Assembly: GCF_018977255.1 (NCBI RefSeq)
Contig: NW_024704742.1
Location: 123,692,001-123,756,000, forward strand
Reading direction: 5' to 3'
Source of the DNA: Callorhinchus milii
Taxonomy: Eukaryota
DNA length: 64,000 nt
Within the stretch, counting starts at the first letter, position 1; every line of letters starts with the position of its first letter. Shown here one piece after another: positions 62,210-64,000 of this stretch. Position numbers and translations under genes: made by a program. The notes beneath the pieces were generated by a model that did no database searches, was not told where the DNA came from, and was given only the letters and a program-made list of their open reading frames with translations.

Positions 62210-64000
62210 AGATTTGTGACGAATCTAGTTGAATTTTTTTTGAGGAGGTCACTCACATGATAATAAGAGTGTGTCTATGGATGTTGTCTATATGGACTTT
62301 CAGAAGGCATTTGATAAGGTTCCGCACAAGACGTTATTAGCAAAAATGAAAGCGCCATGGAATCAGAAGTAATCTTGTTTCAGGGCTTGGGAATTGGTTG
62401 GAGGCAGGAAACAGAGAGTAGGGATAAAGGGAACGTTCTTTGATTGTCAGGATGTGACAAGTCCCTTGCAACGTCCTCCCGATGTGAAAGGCTCTATACA
62501 AATGTCATTTTGTATTGTTTCTGTATTGTAAGTGATGCTCCCAGGGGATGTGTCCTGGAACCTCAACTTTTCACGATATGTATATAAATGGCCTGAATGA
62601 AGAAATAGAGAGTTGTATGTCCAAATTTGCAGCTACCATGAAGTTAGGAGACACAATAAATTGTGTAGATGGGAGCAGAAAGTTACAAAGGGCCAGACAG
62701 ATTAAGTGAGTGGGTAAAACTGTGGCAGATGGAGTTCATGTGTGGAAGTTTAAGGTCATCCACTATGGATCCAAGAAAGTCAAATTGGAATATTTTCTTA
62801 ACGGTGAGAAACTAAGAACTGTGCAGGCTCAAAGGGATTTGGGAATCCACGCACACAACCATTAAAAACTAGATCACAAATACAAAAAGTAATCAAAAGA
62901 CCAATGGGATGTTGGCCTTGACCTCGGGGGGGGGGGGGGGCTGGAATACAACAACAACAAGATTACATTTGTATAGCGCCTTTCACATCGGGAGGACGTC
63001 CCAAGGCGCTGGACAGTGTACAGCATTTCAGACCCGAGCTGGGGTCAGGGGGGGAGAAGGAAGGGGAGGGGAAGGGGGGTGGCTGATGGCATGGTCGAAG
63101 AGGAGGGTTTTGAGGCAGGACTTGAAGGAGGATAAGGAGGGGGCGAGGTGGAGTGATTGGGGGATAGAATTCCAGAGGTTGGGGGCAGAGTGGCTGAAGG
63201 CTCTCCCGCCAATAGTGCCAATAGTGGGGCGGGTGGGTTGGGGGACGTGGAGCAGGCCAGAGCCGGCTGGGCAGAGGGAACGGGTGGGTTGGTAGGGGGT
63301 TAGGAGGTCGCAGATGTAGGGTGGTGCGAGGGCATGTAGAACTTTGAAGGTGAGGACCAGGATTTTGAACTGGATCTTCTGAAGGATAGGGAGCCAATGG
63401 AGTCGGGCGAGAATGGGGGAGATGGGGTCATGGAGTTTGGTTCAGGAGAGGACACGGGCTGCAGAGTTCTGGATTATCTGCAGCCTGTGGAGGGAGGAGT
63501 TGGGAAAGAGGACAAGCAGGGAGTTTGCATAGTTGAGCCTGGAAATGATGAAGGCAATAAGCAAGAATTTCAGCAGGGTGAGGTAGTGGCAGTCAGGTGA
63601 TGTTACGGAGGTGAGGAAAGGCAGAGCAGATCATGGCTTGGATGTGGGGAAGCAAAGACAGTTGAGGGTCGAACAAGACACCTAGGTTCCTCACTGGCTT
63701 GGTGAGTTGAAGTATGCAACCATGCAGGTACAAAGGTGTGGAAAAGATACTTCAGTTATACAGAGTCTTGGTCAGACCCCATCTGGAGTACTGCGTTCGG
63801 ATTTGGGCACCGTTTCTCAGTAAAGCTATGTTGGCACTGGAAGGGGGTATAGCGCAGATTCACCAAATGATACCAGAGCTTAAAGGCTTAAATTATGAGG
63901 CCAGGTCGCATAAACTTGGTTTGTATTCCCTTGAATTTAGAAGGTTGAGGGGTGATCTAATTGAGGTGTTTAAAATAATAGAGATTTTATAGGGTAACTA
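62210..64000 (+). mobile_element. Degraded CR1 LINE (RT to C-terminus) interrupted by L2 insertions
   Basis: MDVVYMDFQKAFDKVPHK; LQLYRVLVRPHLEYC; SLEFRRLRGDLIEVFKII. Confidence 0.88.
62948..63728 (-). mobile_element. 5'-truncated L2 (~780 bp) nested in CR1
   Basis: Reverse complement of the 50735-51500-like copy; TACAA on both flanks. Confidence 0.92.

Overview
Vertebrate genomic DNA, most likely a cartilaginous fish (inferred from the repeats: a tRNA-Ala-derived SINE, L2 and CR1 LINEs, DeuSINE-type remnants). It holds two divergently oriented RNA-helicase genes. (1) The 5' half of MTREX/SKIV2L2/MTR4 on the minus strand: 11 coding exons from the ATG at 17279 down to 1664, continuing beyond the window start, with a CpG-island promoter. 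(2) An apparently intact HELZ2-like gene on the plus strand: 19 phase-consistent exons, 30216-52663, about 2780 aa, with zinc fingers, SF1 helicase 1, an RNB exoribonuclease domain with all four catalytic Asp, and SF1 helicase 2. It is preceded by an ISRE/IRF-motif promoter near 26.7-26.9 kb, and its start codon is unresolved. A diverged copy of that promoter and first exon lies at 61.4-61.6 kb, suggesting a tandem array of interferon-inducible HELZ2-like genes. Also seen: a ~1.42 kb near-identical duplication with template-switch junctions, a probable non-autonomous L2 derivative, a SINE/LINE shared 3' stem-loop with a compensatory pair, GC-enriched repeat copies inside the CpG island, intronic hairpins and a hAT MITE. 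All homology calls rest on recalled sequences; no searches were run.
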